Source of the DNA: a virus | Taxonomy: Duplodnaviria; Caudoviricetes | Virus record (IMG/VR): IMGVR_UViG_3300028805_000046 | Coordinates: 32,001 to 96,000 of that record | Reading direction: 5' to 3' (one strand) | Length of the DNA: 64,000 bases | Shown: positions 39,122-48,185 of the stretch, in pieces | Layout of the letters: every line of letters begins with the position of its first letter | How positions within the stretch are numbered: the first letter of the stretch is position 1 | Position numbers and translations under genes: made by a program | The notes under the pieces: generated by a model | The model's input: only the letters and a program-made list of their open reading frames with translations | What the model was told of the DNA's origin: nothing | Databases searched by the model: none

Positions 39122-39982
39122 ATGTTCGTCTATTTCATCAATGACTTGCACATAGATAAGCACCTTCCTCAATTAAAGGCTGGTGCTAAATCTTCTGCTG
39201 CAATTCACAGATGGATGGACGAATATTTTCTTCCGGCAGACGTACTCTGTATTGCAGGCGACATCGCTGATAGCAGTTTATTTTTCATTGATTTTCTAGC
39301 AGCCTGCCGCGGAAGATACAAGTACGTCTTTTACGTTTATGGTAATCACGACATCGGAGTCTATAAGTCCGAACACAAGTCAGTGAGCGATAAGTTAGAC
39401 GCTATTGAACATTGGCTTGGGAATTTCAAAAGACTCACTACATCAACTCACGAATGTAAGACAAAATTCTTTAAGTTAGACGGAAACGAAATAGTTGGTG
39501 TCAATGGACTTAAATTCGTTGGAGCTATGGGATCATCCGACTGGTCATACGGCCGCCTCCTTGGCTCAACCAACGATTACTTCATTGAAAGTTGGAGAAA
39601 AGGTCCCGATGGTAAAGCTTGGAAAAATTGGTGGTCAGATAATCCGCTCGAGATCGTTGAAGATGAGAAAAAGAGATTGATTAAGCCACTTGATAATGAA
39701 GCATGCGACCCACGAGTCGTGGTTACTCATTTTGCTCCGCTTGGAGTTCCAGTTCCTGAAAAATTCAAGAATAACTTGAAGACTGGATATTTTTATTGGG
39801 ACTGTTCTGAAATAATAAATAAGTTGCCGAAAGGTACAATCTGGCACTTCGGACATACACATGCCAAACTTCGTTTTGAGAAGGATGGGATTCTTTATCT
39901 GAATAACCCAGTTGGTTATCCCGGCGAAAATGTCAATCTGCTTGGTGCATTTAAGAAAGAAGATTTTTTAATTAAGTTGTGA
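39122..39982 (+). CDS. Calcineurin-like metallophosphoesterase (paralog of 18931)
   Basis: NDLH, AGDI, GNHD, THF, GHTH, NPVGYP. Confidence 0.88.
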   Translation: MFVYFINDLHIDKHLPQLKAGAKSSAAIHRWMDEYFLPADVLCIAGDIADSSLFFIDFLAACRGRYKYVFYVYGNHDIGVYKSEHKSVSDKLDAIEHWLGNFKRLTTSTHECKTKFFKLDGNEIVGVNGLKFVGAMGSSDWSYGRLLGSTNDYFIESWRKGPDGKAWKNWWSDNPLEIVEDEKKRLIKPLDNEACDPRVVVTHFAPLGVPVPEKFKNNLKTGYFYWDCSEIINKLPKGTIWHFGHTHAKLRFEKDGILYLNNPVGYPGENVNLLGAFKKEDFLIKL

Positions 39983-39988
39983 GGAAAA

Positions 39989-40333
39989 ATGAAACTTACT
40001 CAAAATAAAGTCCTGTTGGAAAATAACGAACCTGAGAAAACCTCAGGCGGTATTTTCATTCCGGAAAAGAAAGAAGGAACTGTCTGCTTTAAGGTAGTTG
40101 CGGTTGGACCTGGCCGTTTCTGCCCAGCTACTGGCGAACGCTGTCCTATGAGCGTTAAGCCAGGCGACCGTGTGATGGTGAATACTCAGATAGCGCCTGA
40201 AGTCATTATCACTAAGGGTGGCAAGAAGATGAAGTACTTCATCGTTCCTGAGGAAGAAATTCAGTACATCTTGGAAGATGGCGAAGAAACAAAGTTTATC
40301 TCAGCACAGGAGAAAGCAAACGATGGCTACTAA
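39989..40333 (+). CDS. groES: Co-chaperonin GroES-like 1
   Basis: KTSGGIFIP, VVAVGPG, PMSVKPGDRV. Confidence 0.88.
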   Translation: MKLTQNKVLLENNEPEKTSGGIFIPEKKEGTVCFKVVAVGPGRFCPATGERCPMSVKPGDRVMVNTQIAPEVIITKGGKKMKYFIVPEEEIQYILEDGEETKFISAQEKANDGY

Positions 40334-40652
40334 TCTAAGAGTACTTGATGACAAGATGATTGTCAAGAACCTTACCACGAAGACCGCAGGCGGACTCATT
40401 CTTCCTGGAATGGTCGTTGCATACACAATGTATGAAATTGTCGCAATTGGTCCTGGACATTACCTTCGTTCATACAACCTTACTGTTCCAAATGAAGTAA
40501 AGGTTGGCGACAGAGTTCTTATCAACTACGGTTCATGCAAGTCAATCGGAAACCACAAGAATCCGAAGACTGGCGAAATGGAAGAACTTTTCTTGGTAGA
40601 CAACTCTGAAGAAGCAATCATGGTTTTGGACGAGGATGAAACGGTAGTTTAA
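40323..40652 (+). CDS. groES: Co-chaperonin GroES-like 2
   Basis: LRVLDDKMIV, KTAGGLILP, IVAIGPG, VKVGDRVL. Confidence 0.85.
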   Translation: MATNLRVLDDKMIVKNLTTKTAGGLILPGMVVAYTMYEIVAIGPGHYLRSYNLTVPNEVKVGDRVLINYGSCKSIGNHKNPKTGEMEELFLVDNSEEAIMVLDEDETVV

Positions 40653-40990
40653 TGAAAAAGCCAATTCTCATATCGGTTGGACTTGTCATTCTATACACGC
40701 TAATCATTATGGCTGGCGGCTGCTTTGGTGCGGCCGTCGCTCCTGTTGCTAAGGCCGTTCTTCTGTTCATTCTTAAGTGGGCAGCAATTCTTTTCGGTTA
40801 TGCAACACTTTGCTATCTCCCGTACCGAGTTGTTCAAGCGTTGAAACTTCGAGACGAAACAACAAAGAAAATCTTGGAAGAAAATAAACGAATCGTTCGT
40901 CATAACAAAGAGATGGAACAAAAAGAAAAACAGAAAAATTTGGAAGAAAAAATCATTGACGCTTACTTTAAGCAAGAGGATGAATTATAA
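40652..40990 (+). CDS. Membrane protein with a coiled-coil tail
   Basis: Two TM segments, then a charged helix. Confidence 0.65.
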   Translation: MKKPILISVGLVILYTLIIMAGGCFGAAVAPVAKAVLLFILKWAAILFGYATLCYLPYRVVQALKLRDETTKKILEENKRIVRHNKEMEQKEKQKNLEEKIIDAYFKQEDEL

Positions 40991-41442
40991 TGGAAAAGCA
41001 AACAGAAACTGAAACACAGAAACAAACTTTAACTGACAGAGTCAATCACCCTGCTCATTATAACAAGCACCCGAGCGGAATTGAAGCAATCACTATCACT
41101 CGTTACTTGATGTGTGATCTTGCTAACGCCTGGAAGTACGCAATGCGTTATAAGGACAAGGGTACGCCTAAGGAAGATTTGCTCAAGCTTTGCTTCTATC
41201 TTGAAGACTGGGCTCGCAACTTCGTTGACGAAAATAATGTTGATACTTGCCAGACGACTGTTGACCCGATGCTAGTTATCGGCAAAATGCGTGAGGTTAT
41301 GGAAGCAGAGAAGCAGCCAGAAATCAAGGAAATCTTCAGACAGATTTTGCGTATTTCATTGGACGGCGGGCTCGTTAATCCTGTAAGTTTCAAGCAAGCA
41401 ATCGCAGCAGTCAAAACATACGCAGAAAGTTTTTCTAAATAA
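40990..41442 (+). CDS. DUF3310-family protein
   Basis: DRVNHPAHY..GIEAI..NAWKY..R...KG...EDL.K..FYL. Confidence 0.8.
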   Translation: MEKQTETETQKQTLTDRVNHPAHYNKHPSGIEAITITRYLMCDLANAWKYAMRYKDKGTPKEDLLKLCFYLEDWARNFVDENNVDTCQTTVDPMLVIGKMREVMEAEKQPEIKEIFRQILRISLDGGLVNPVSFKQAIAAVKTYAESFSK

Positions 41443-41447
41443 ACCAA

Positions 41448-41476
41448 TTGCCAAAACTGAAAAACTTTATTAAATT
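41448..41476 (+). promoter_or_regulatory. Sigma70-type promoter
   Basis: TTGCCA-17-TAAATT. Confidence 0.7.
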
Positions 41477-41509
41477 GAAATTGAAAATTTTTTATCTAAA
41501 AGGTGACTT

Positions 41510-41785
41510 ATGAAAAACTTAGAGATTACTTCCTGTAATATTTTGCCCATCGAGAACGGTAAGGGTGGCTGCGTTGCAGTTGCTTCTGTCATTCTCAACA
41601 ATGCAATCAAACTTACGGGATTGAAACTTATAGCGGCGAATGGCGAAAAATACATTTCTTACCCACGCAATTTCAGCAACAAGCACAAGAAATCTTTCTG
41701 CTATCCGATTACTGTTGAAGCAACAAATTATGTTCGAGATACTTTGTGGGAAAAGTATAACGAAGTAACCGCAGCGAATGACTAA
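41510..41785 (+). CDS. spoVG: SpoVG-like nucleic-acid-binding protein
   Basis: EIT..I, AVASVILN, L.GLKLI...G..ISYP, CYPIT, ..L.EKY pattern of SpoVG. Confidence 0.75.
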   Translation: MKNLEITSCNILPIENGKGGCVAVASVILNNAIKLTGLKLIAANGEKYISYPRNFSNKHKKSFCYPITVEATNYVRDTLWEKYNEVTAAND

Positions 41786-42089
41786 GAAAAGAAACATTCC
41801 ACATAACATACCACAGCTCCTTCCAAACAAAAAGAAGGAGCTGTTAAAGTTATGTAATAATCCTCAGGCAATTCAGCGCATTATTCAGATGAATAAGACA
41901 GCGCTCCAAGTCTTGGAAAAGAAAGAAACTGTTCGTTCGCTTACTGTTGCTGACTGGGCTGAACGTGCATTTCAGATTTTACCAATTGACTTGAACAAGC
42001 CAGAAAATCTTGAGAAACTAAAAAACTTATTTAATATGGAGTATACTGATGACGCACGTGATGAACGGAAAGACTGTAACAACGAATGA
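41778..42089 (+). CDS. Hypothetical protein
   Basis: Overlapping ORF. Confidence 0.6.
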   Translation: MTKKRNIPHNIPQLLPNKKKELLKLCNNPQAIQRIIQMNKTALQVLEKKETVRSLTVADWAERAFQILPIDLNKPENLEKLKNLFNMEYTDDARDERKDCNNE

Positions 42090-42279
42090 ACTGATTAGTG
42101 AAGTTTTTGCATCTGTCATTGAAGATGTAGACAAGAACTTTGAAGATTATGCAAAGATTTACATCAAAGACTATGCCGATTTGAATGAAAGCGATTTTGA
42201 AGCGATTGGAAAGTGGAAACCGAAAATCGTTAGCAAACTGAATACAAGACTTAACAAGCGTGGTATGGCTAATGGTTGA
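42049..42279 (+). CDS. Hypothetical protein
   Basis: GGAG RBS. Confidence 0.55.
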   Translation: MTHVMNGKTVTTNELISEVFASVIEDVDKNFEDYAKIYIKDYADLNESDFEAIGKWKPKIVSKLNTRLNKRGMANG

Positions 42280-42580
42280 TTTCACGGTCGGAGCAGTATA
42301 TAAATCTAAAAAGGGTGTTGATTTTAAGATTACTGAAATTAAGAATGGACTTGCAACAATTCAGCACCTGAATTACAGAAGAAAAGCTAGAATTATAACT
42401 TGGTGTGGCGTTAAAGCGTTGACGTTTGACTTTGGTAGTGACATGATTTTAGCTGAACCGATTAAACCGTTTGATGATCTTAATGATGATCTTATGGTCC
42501 AAAGGCCAAGTATAAACATTAATAAGAGTGGAGAATCGTATGTCAGTTTGTACAAAAGACACTACAAAGAAAACACGTAA
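42272..42580 (+). CDS. Hypothetical protein
   Basis: Overlapping ORF. Confidence 0.55.
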   Translation: MVDFTVGAVYKSKKGVDFKITEIKNGLATIQHLNYRRKARIITWCGVKALTFDFGSDMILAEPIKPFDDLNDDLMVQRPSININKSGESYVSLYKRHYKENT

Positions 42581-43250
42581 AAAGAAAGTTGAAAAAGAAC
42601 AGCCGAAGCAGATTTCTGCAGATGGCGTTGAAGCACTTGTGAATGAAGACACTGAACAGGCAGTTGTTGCGGGCGTAGATCCGATGGCAATCCCTGACTA
42701 CTTTAATAACATTCGTAACAACTATTTCGTCGCTAACCGCATCATTTGGTTGACTACTGATATTGACTGGGAAAATGTAACGGGAGTGCTTCAGAAACTT
42801 GCATTTGCTGATGACAAGACAAAAGATCCTATCTGGTTGATTATTGGCTCTTGTGGCGGTTTGTGCGATGCTGGTATGGCGCTTGTAGATATGATTGAGA
42901 GCCTTAAACGCAAAGGAGTAATAGTCAATACCGTCTGTGCAGGTTCAGCCTCTTCTATGGCGGCCGTTATCCTTTCTTCAGGATCGCAAGGCCATCGCTA
43001 TGCTTACCCGTCTGCTCGTATTATGATTCATCAGGCACGTGTTCTTATGGCTGGTGGTTCATACGATGAAATGCAGAACGAAGCAAATGAACTTAAGTAC
43101 TGGACTGATGTTATCGCCAAGATGCTCGCAAAGAACTCTGGACAGAAGATCTCAGAAATTGCGAAGGCTATGGCTTATGATAACTATATGTCTGCAACCG
43201 AGGCTAAGAAATTTGGTCTCATTGACAAAGTAGAAGCAATTATTCCATAA
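42540..43250 (+). CDS. clpP: ClpP-like protease subunit
   Basis: NRIIWL, IGSCGG, SASSMAAVILSSG (Ser), RIMIHQ (His), YDNYMSA (Asp), AKKFGLID. Confidence 0.9.
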   Translation: MSVCTKDTTKKTRKKKVEKEQPKQISADGVEALVNEDTEQAVVAGVDPMAIPDYFNNIRNNYFVANRIIWLTTDIDWENVTGVLQKLAFADDKTKDPIWLIIGSCGGLCDAGMALVDMIESLKRKGVIVNTVCAGSASSMAAVILSSGSQGHRYAYPSARIMIHQARVLMAGGSYDEMQNEANELKYWTDVIAKMLAKNSGQKISEIAKAMAYDNYMSATEAKKFGLIDKVEAIIP

Positions 43251-43251
43251 T

Positions 43252-43866
43252 ATGAAGAAAAACTTTGATACATTAAAGAATTCATTGTTTGGAAAAAATG
43301 ACCAGCCGAGTGAAGAACCGGCTGGTTCTTTTGACGAACAAGAAGAGAAACCCGTTAACATTTTGTGCAAAATGATTATGGATCTCTATAAAGAAGATCC
43401 TAAGAAGTATGCACAGATTGTTAATGAAGCAAATCAGTACACTGACTATCATGATGACTACCGTGTGTACTTTGACACTGACGAAAAGTTCCGTGAGTTG
43501 GTCAACATGAAGTACACTGACACACATCATTATTATTCTATCATCAGACGATACGAAAACATGATGAATAGATTTCTTGTGCTGTTTGACTTGGGCTGGG
43601 TGTTCCATGTTAACATGCCCGAACCAAAGGAAAGCGATCTTCCGTCGCCGATGTCTATTGATGATTGCATCAAGAAGTTGGACCAACAGAAGAACAATCC
43701 TTATTGCAGACAGTTCAGCAACTGGCTTATTGAACTCAAGACGTACCGTGAAATCATGCCGATTGCGTTGAAGCAAGCAAAGAAAAAGAAAAAGAAGAAA
43801 ACAAGCAATAAGAAAGAAATACTCGGTCCACCTCCTCCACCACCACTTGGAGACGCTGACATTTAG
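43252..43866 (+). CDS. Hypothetical protein with a poly-Lys and poly-Pro tail
   Basis: KKKKKKK and PPPPPP near the C-terminus. Confidence 0.65.
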   Translation: MKKNFDTLKNSLFGKNDQPSEEPAGSFDEQEEKPVNILCKMIMDLYKEDPKKYAQIVNEANQYTDYHDDYRVYFDTDEKFRELVNMKYTDTHHYYSIIRRYENMMNRFLVLFDLGWVFHVNMPEPKESDLPSPMSIDDCIKKLDQQKNNPYCRQFSNWLIELKTYREIMPIALKQAKKKKKKKTSNKKEILGPPPPPPLGDADI

Positions 43867-43893
43867 CCGGTATAAATAACTTAGAGGAAAAAC

Positions 43894-44640
43894 ATGGGAA
43901 GCTTTAGAGATTTCGCTAACGAAAATGAAAGATTAAGTAAACTTGTGCGTCATGCTCCACCAGCACCACGCATTGAACAGGAAAAACCACAAATGATTCA
44001 AAAACCACAGATAACTAGACGAGTTTCTGTTCCTAGACGCCAGCCGCCTAGAGAACGCAATGTTCTTGCAGAATCTGAAAATATGATTTCTGTTCTGCAG
44101 GAAAAGATCGAGCAGGTATTCTATCAGTTCGGTCTTGCTGGACTTCAAAGAATTGATGGAGCAATCATTGACTGCGTTAATGAAATGCTTGACCCAGAAA
44201 CTGCTCCGGTAAGAGGACCGAGCCGCGCTGCTGTCAATCAGACAGTTCGTCAAGCTGGTGGTCGTCCGCAGCCTGCTGCTCCTGCACGTAAGAAGCCGAT
44301 GACTGCGATTGAAATTGCAGCAGCTGCTCTTCGTGATTTGCCGCCAATGCATGAAATAGATTCAGCGCCTGCTAAGCCAGCAGAACAAGCACCTGCAGCT
44401 CCAGCTGCTCCTACTTCTCCTCCTCGCCCAGCTGCACACGTTCCGCCTCCACCTCCTCCACCAGAGCCGGCAGAATACGATCCGATGGCAGCTTTGGCTA
44501 ATGAAAAGCTAAGTCCAGAAGAAATGGCACTTTTACAGAAGGAACTTGCAGCAGCTGGCGAAGACGCTAACGCCGGATTCGTTCCAGCACAGCGAAACAC
44601 GGACGCAATGGCTCTTGCCGCGGCAGCACTTCAAAGATAA
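43894..44640 (+). CDS. Late Pro/Ala-rich low-complexity protein
   Basis: TATAAATA 43871-43878; N-terminal SFRDF. Confidence 0.65.
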   Translation: MGSFRDFANENERLSKLVRHAPPAPRIEQEKPQMIQKPQITRRVSVPRRQPPRERNVLAESENMISVLQEKIEQVFYQFGLAGLQRIDGAIIDCVNEMLDPETAPVRGPSRAAVNQTVRQAGGRPQPAAPARKKPMTAIEIAAAALRDLPPMHEIDSAPAKPAEQAPAAPAAPTSPPRPAAHVPPPPPPPEPAEYDPMAALANEKLSPEEMALLQKELAAAGEDANAGFVPAQRNTDAMALAAAALQR

Positions 44641-44643
44641 TCT

Positions 44644-44925
44644 ATGAAGAAAAATAATACCCCGAAGAAAACTGCTGCCTTCAACCCGAAAGAGTTGAAG
44701 GACATGGTTCCGGTGAATGGAAAAGTTCTTGAGGCTTTTCCAAATGCCATGTTTGACGTAGAACTTGAAAACGGTGTTGTTCTCAAACGCTGCCAAGTAT
44801 GTGGCAAGATGAGATTGAAAAACATTAGAGTTCTTCCTGACGATAAAGTAATCGTTGGAGTCAACATTTACGATAATACGAAAGGAAGAATCGTTTACAG
44901 ATTCAAAAAGGAAGATGGGAAATGA
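44644..44925 (+). CDS. infA: Translation initiation factor IF-1
   Basis: GKVLEAFPNAMFDVELENG..GKMR...IRVLPDDKV.V....YD..KGRIVYRFK. Confidence 0.93.
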   Translation: MKKNNTPKKTAAFNPKELKDMVPVNGKVLEAFPNAMFDVELENGVVLKRCQVCGKMRLKNIRVLPDDKVIVGVNIYDNTKGRIVYRFKKEDGK

Positions 44926-45143
44926 ATATCATTCCGGATTATACACCAGATCATAAGTACGGTTACTGGGAGATAAAGAACAAGCACCCAGAATGGGCAG
45001 AACTACTTGACCAGCAGAATGCCTGGGCTGAGTATGAAGCAAAACCAAACTTTGCTGGCAATCCGAATGAAGTCACTAAACTTATTCCTCAGTCAGTTAG
45101 AAACGGTCAAGAAGACGACCGTATAGACGCTTGGATTCTCTAG
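44922..45143 (+). CDS. Hypothetical protein
   Basis: ATGA overlap; followed by a hairpin at 45125-45149 and a T run. Confidence 0.6.
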   Translation: MNIIPDYTPDHKYGYWEIKNKHPEWAELLDQQNAWAEYEAKPNFAGNPNEVTKLIPQSVRNGQEDDRIDAWIL

Positions 45144-45174
45144 GCGTCTTTTCTTCCCTCCGAATAAATACAAT

Positions 45175-45732
45175 ATGGAAGCAGAAGAAGTAGTACAGAC
45201 TTTGTGGCAGCGCATGGAAGAATGCCTTGATGACGAGAATAGCATTAGCTGTTGTCGTCGTCTTTCACGTAATGCACAGATGCTTTCTGCTTATATGGAA
45301 TCGTTTGGCATTATAAGTGAGGCAAACGCTGCTCTTTATTCATTACAGACAGCAAACAAGAAACTTGGCCTTGAAACTCACGATAGACGAATTGATAATG
45401 CACTTGTATTCGTATTCTTAAAAATGCTTTCAACATTGCCGACAAGAACGAAAGCATATCGTCTCGGAATCATTGATAAAGATGGACGATTGATTAGACA
45501 GCCAAAGACAGCCGAGGAACATGACTCGATTTCTAACCTTGACTTGCTGATGTTCAAGATTAGAAAATGGCTTGCTTCAAGAATACAGTACTTGTCGTCT
45601 ATTTCATGGCTTAGAGGCACAAGCAATTCAGTAAGATTGCAGAATTACCTTTCTAACGCTGAAACACTGTCAAGACAGTATCAAGTTCAGCGACTTAATG
45701 CAGATTTAGAACGACTTTTACAGCAAGGATAG
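45175..45732 (+). CDS. Conserved T4-like late hypothetical protein
   Basis: FLKML..TKAYRLGIIDKDG motif; AATAAATA 4 nt before ATG. Confidence 0.6.
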   Translation: MEAEEVVQTLWQRMEECLDDENSISCCRRLSRNAQMLSAYMESFGIISEANAALYSLQTANKKLGLETHDRRIDNALVFVFLKMLSTLPTRTKAYRLGIIDKDGRLIRQPKTAEEHDSISNLDLLMFKIRKWLASRIQYLSSISWLRGTSNSVRLQNYLSNAETLSRQYQVQRLNADLERLLQQG

Positions 45733-45735
45733 CTT

Positions 45736-45969
45736 ATGTCCGAATATTGTCCAGAATGCGAAGCACAGCGACTAGCCTATGGATTTTCATTGAAGATTGG
45801 TGGAAAGTACATGACGAAAGTACCAGAAGTAAAACAGTGCTGTGCTGTTGAAGTTGAGGTCACCGCTATTGATTCTTTGAAAGTGACATTTAAGTACAAA
45901 GACAAAACATTCTCAAAACCAAAGAATGAGTTTTTGAGAACATCGTGGAGAAAATATGATTCCTTCTAA
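45736..45969 (+). CDS. Hypothetical protein
   Basis: AAGGA RBS; CPEC. Confidence 0.55.
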   Translation: MSEYCPECEAQRLAYGFSLKIGGKYMTKVPEVKQCCAVEVEVTAIDSLKVTFKYKDKTFSKPKNEFLRTSWRKYDSF

Positions 45970-46159
45970 TGAAATTTTGACAGCAGATGATCTTAACCTT
46001 GTTGAAGATTTCGGAATTGGAGTCGGCGGATTGACTGGCGCTGACCAAGGCATTCCGCACGGTGGCGACTGTAAAGCTGTAGTCGCATTTAGAATGGACG
46101 GCGGAAGACCAAAACGCAGATTTTTCATTCGTAAAAAGAAACGTAAAAAGGCTAACTAA
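45956..46159 (+). CDS. Small protein with a basic tail
   Basis: GGAG RBS; LVE/DFG; Lys/Arg-rich end. Confidence 0.55.
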   Translation: MIPSNEILTADDLNLVEDFGIGVGGLTGADQGIPHGGDCKAVVAFRMDGGRPKRRFFIRKKKRKKAN

Positions 46160-46638
46160 TGAAAGACTTTGAGAAAGTAGAGCTTGTACAAGATGGGTAT
46201 TTCTATACATTCGGATATACTGCGTTAAGAGACGACCCAATGTATGACAAGACTCCTTTCATTCTTTGTCTTGGACCAGCCAAACACCCAAATTGCTTTG
46301 TGGGTATCAATTTCCATAGAGTGCCTTTAGCAGAACGAATTAAGTTTCTGCTTTTCCTTGACCAGCATTTCAATATGAAAACTGGTGATGATAGAATAGT
46401 AGATTTTATCACGATGGACGGTTTGAAGTATTCATTCCCCGAGATAAGATCGGCAATACGAGTTTATAATAGAAAACAAGTTCAACAGATTTACCGCGTT
46501 CCTGGACGTGATGTAGGTAAATACATAGAATATAATGGCGATTTCATGATGAAGGAACCTTCCGACATTATGAACCAGTATTGGCGAGATTATGCAGGCA
46601 ATGTAAATTCTAACCGTGAGGAAGTTCGTGAATTATAA
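46159..46638 (+). CDS. gp2: DNA end protector (T4 gp2 family)
   Basis: G.FYTFGY, YDKTPFI, FVGINFHRVP..ER, AIRVY. Confidence 0.72.
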   Translation: MKDFEKVELVQDGYFYTFGYTALRDDPMYDKTPFILCLGPAKHPNCFVGINFHRVPLAERIKFLLFLDQHFNMKTGDDRIVDFITMDGLKYSFPEIRSAIRVYNRKQVQQIYRVPGRDVGKYIEYNGDFMMKEPSDIMNQYWRDYAGNVNSNREEVREL

Positions 46639-46903
46639 TCTTATCTATCATAAAATAATGACAAGAGGGAAAACTAGAGACATTTACATTAACTTCACAG
46701 AAAATCATCATATCATTCCAAGATCTGAAGGCGGAACTAACAAGAAAGACAATAAAGTTGACCTGACGATGAAGGAACATCACCTATCGCATTTATGCCT
46801 TATTAAGATGGGACTTTGCTTACGGTACTGTTTTAGACACTTGACTTGCCGAGAATACATCCGAATGAAGATGGCCGAGAAGGAAAAGAAACATCTGTTA
46901 TAA
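46616..46903 (+). CDS. Minimal HNH endonuclease (possibly truncated)
   Basis: ENHHIIPRSEGG.N..DN.V.LT.KEH...H. Confidence 0.75.
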   Translation: MRKFVNYNLIYHKIMTRGKTRDIYINFTENHHIIPRSEGGTNKKDNKVDLTMKEHHLSHLCLIKMGLCLRYCFRHLTCREYIRMKMAEKEKKHLL

Positions 46904-46924
46904 ATACTGAAAGGAGAATTTACC

Positions 46925-47251
46925 ATGAAGAAGAATTTGAACGAAGCACTTGACTTCCTTAAAGAAAACGGTTGCCAGGTAATGTTGAACGAAACCACTG
47001 CAATGACTGCACCAGAATATGTTCTTGGCCGTAGCATGGTTGATGCACTTGAAGAGTACATTGAAGATGTTAAGTCCGAAGCAGAACCTGATGATGAATT
47101 TGTTGCCGATGAAATCATTAAAGCCGCAGAAGAAATTCTTGATAATGAAGATCTTATGAGCAAAGGAATGAATGCATTCTTGGACGCTACAGGATTCTGG
47201 GAAAAATATAATAAGGCTTGGGACGACTATCACAGCAGACAGCATGAATAA
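46925..47251 (+). CDS. Putative internal head protein
   Basis: TATAAATA 46899-46906; NLNEALDFLKENGCQVMLNE leader. Confidence 0.6.
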   Translation: MKKNLNEALDFLKENGCQVMLNETTAMTAPEYVLGRSMVDALEEYIEDVKSEAEPDDEFVADEIIKAAEEILDNEDLMSKGMNAFLDATGFWEKYNKAWDDYHSRQHE

Positions 47252-47280
47252 TAAATTTTAACTTACAGAAAGAATTATTG

Positions 47281-47318
47281 AGTTGGGGGTTGCCAAAGCC
47301 TCCAACTTTTATTATTTT
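47281..47318 (+). promoter_or_regulatory. Hairpin-embedded sigma70-type promoter
   Basis: TTGCCA 47290-47295, 17 bp, TATTTT 47313-47318, inside the AGTTGG..CCAACT stem. Confidence 0.65.
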
Positions 47319-47339
47319 TACAAAAACTGGAAAAAACTT

Positions 47340-48185
47340 ATGGAAATCACACTTGCTAAAATCAAAAAATTCCTTGCTAATGAAGATCTTCCAGATCCAC
47401 TTGTTGTAAAGTGGAAGTCAGTGACGGATAAAAATTCCGATCCATTCAACAATAGGATAGTCGTTCCGCTTATAAGATTTAAAGATGACTTCATCGCTGC
47501 TGAATTTACAAGTCGTTCACTTGATTTTGATGTGCAGAACTTTAAAATCTCTTGCTTCAAAAAGCACAATGATTTGCATTTCAATGATGAATGGGTTGTG
47601 AGGATCTACATCTGCAATGAGCATTATGACTGGATTGGAAATCCAAACATTCAGAGAGCATATAACATTGCTACTAATTGGGATGGGACTCTTGAGGCGC
47701 TTAAGGATGTAGCACTTGACTATCTGAAGCACTGTGCACAACAAGATAATGCAAAACACATTTATGAAATAAGAGCTGCTGCTGTTCAGTCTAGAGATGA
47801 AGAAATTGAAGAAATGTTCAAGAAGCATTATCTCAAGCCTGAAATTCATTTTAAGAAAGGCAACTTTTCTGAAAAATATCCGTTTAAGCACAGAATCTTT
47901 TTGAAGAATTACAAGACGCATCAATTTCTTGTTGAACAGAAACAAGACTTAACGAGCTTTAAGCTTTATTTCTTTGACGATACTCTTCCAGTTTCAAAGA
48001 CAGTTTCGTTGAATAAATATTATGTTCCATCTGGTCTGATTGGCGAATATTCAACCTTTGAGAAAGTTCTTGAGGTGATTGACGTTTATCTGACTTACAT
48101 AGAACAAAGAATAAAGTCTACCAATGATTTGCAAGTGTGGGTTAGGTCCCACGAAGACAAAGCAGTTAAAAAGGAAAGTAAATGA
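47340..48185 (+). CDS. Hypothetical protein
   Basis: Long ORF after the promoter. Confidence 0.65.
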   Translation: MEITLAKIKKFLANEDLPDPLVVKWKSVTDKNSDPFNNRIVVPLIRFKDDFIAAEFTSRSLDFDVQNFKISCFKKHNDLHFNDEWVVRIYICNEHYDWIGNPNIQRAYNIATNWDGTLEALKDVALDYLKHCAQQDNAKHIYEIRAAAVQSRDEEIEEMFKKHYLKPEIHFKKGNFSEKYPFKHRIFLKNYKTHQFLVEQKQDLTSFKLYFFDDTLPVSKTVSLNKYYVPSGLIGEYSTFEKVLEVIDVYLTYIEQRIKSTNDLQVWVRSHEDKAVKKESK

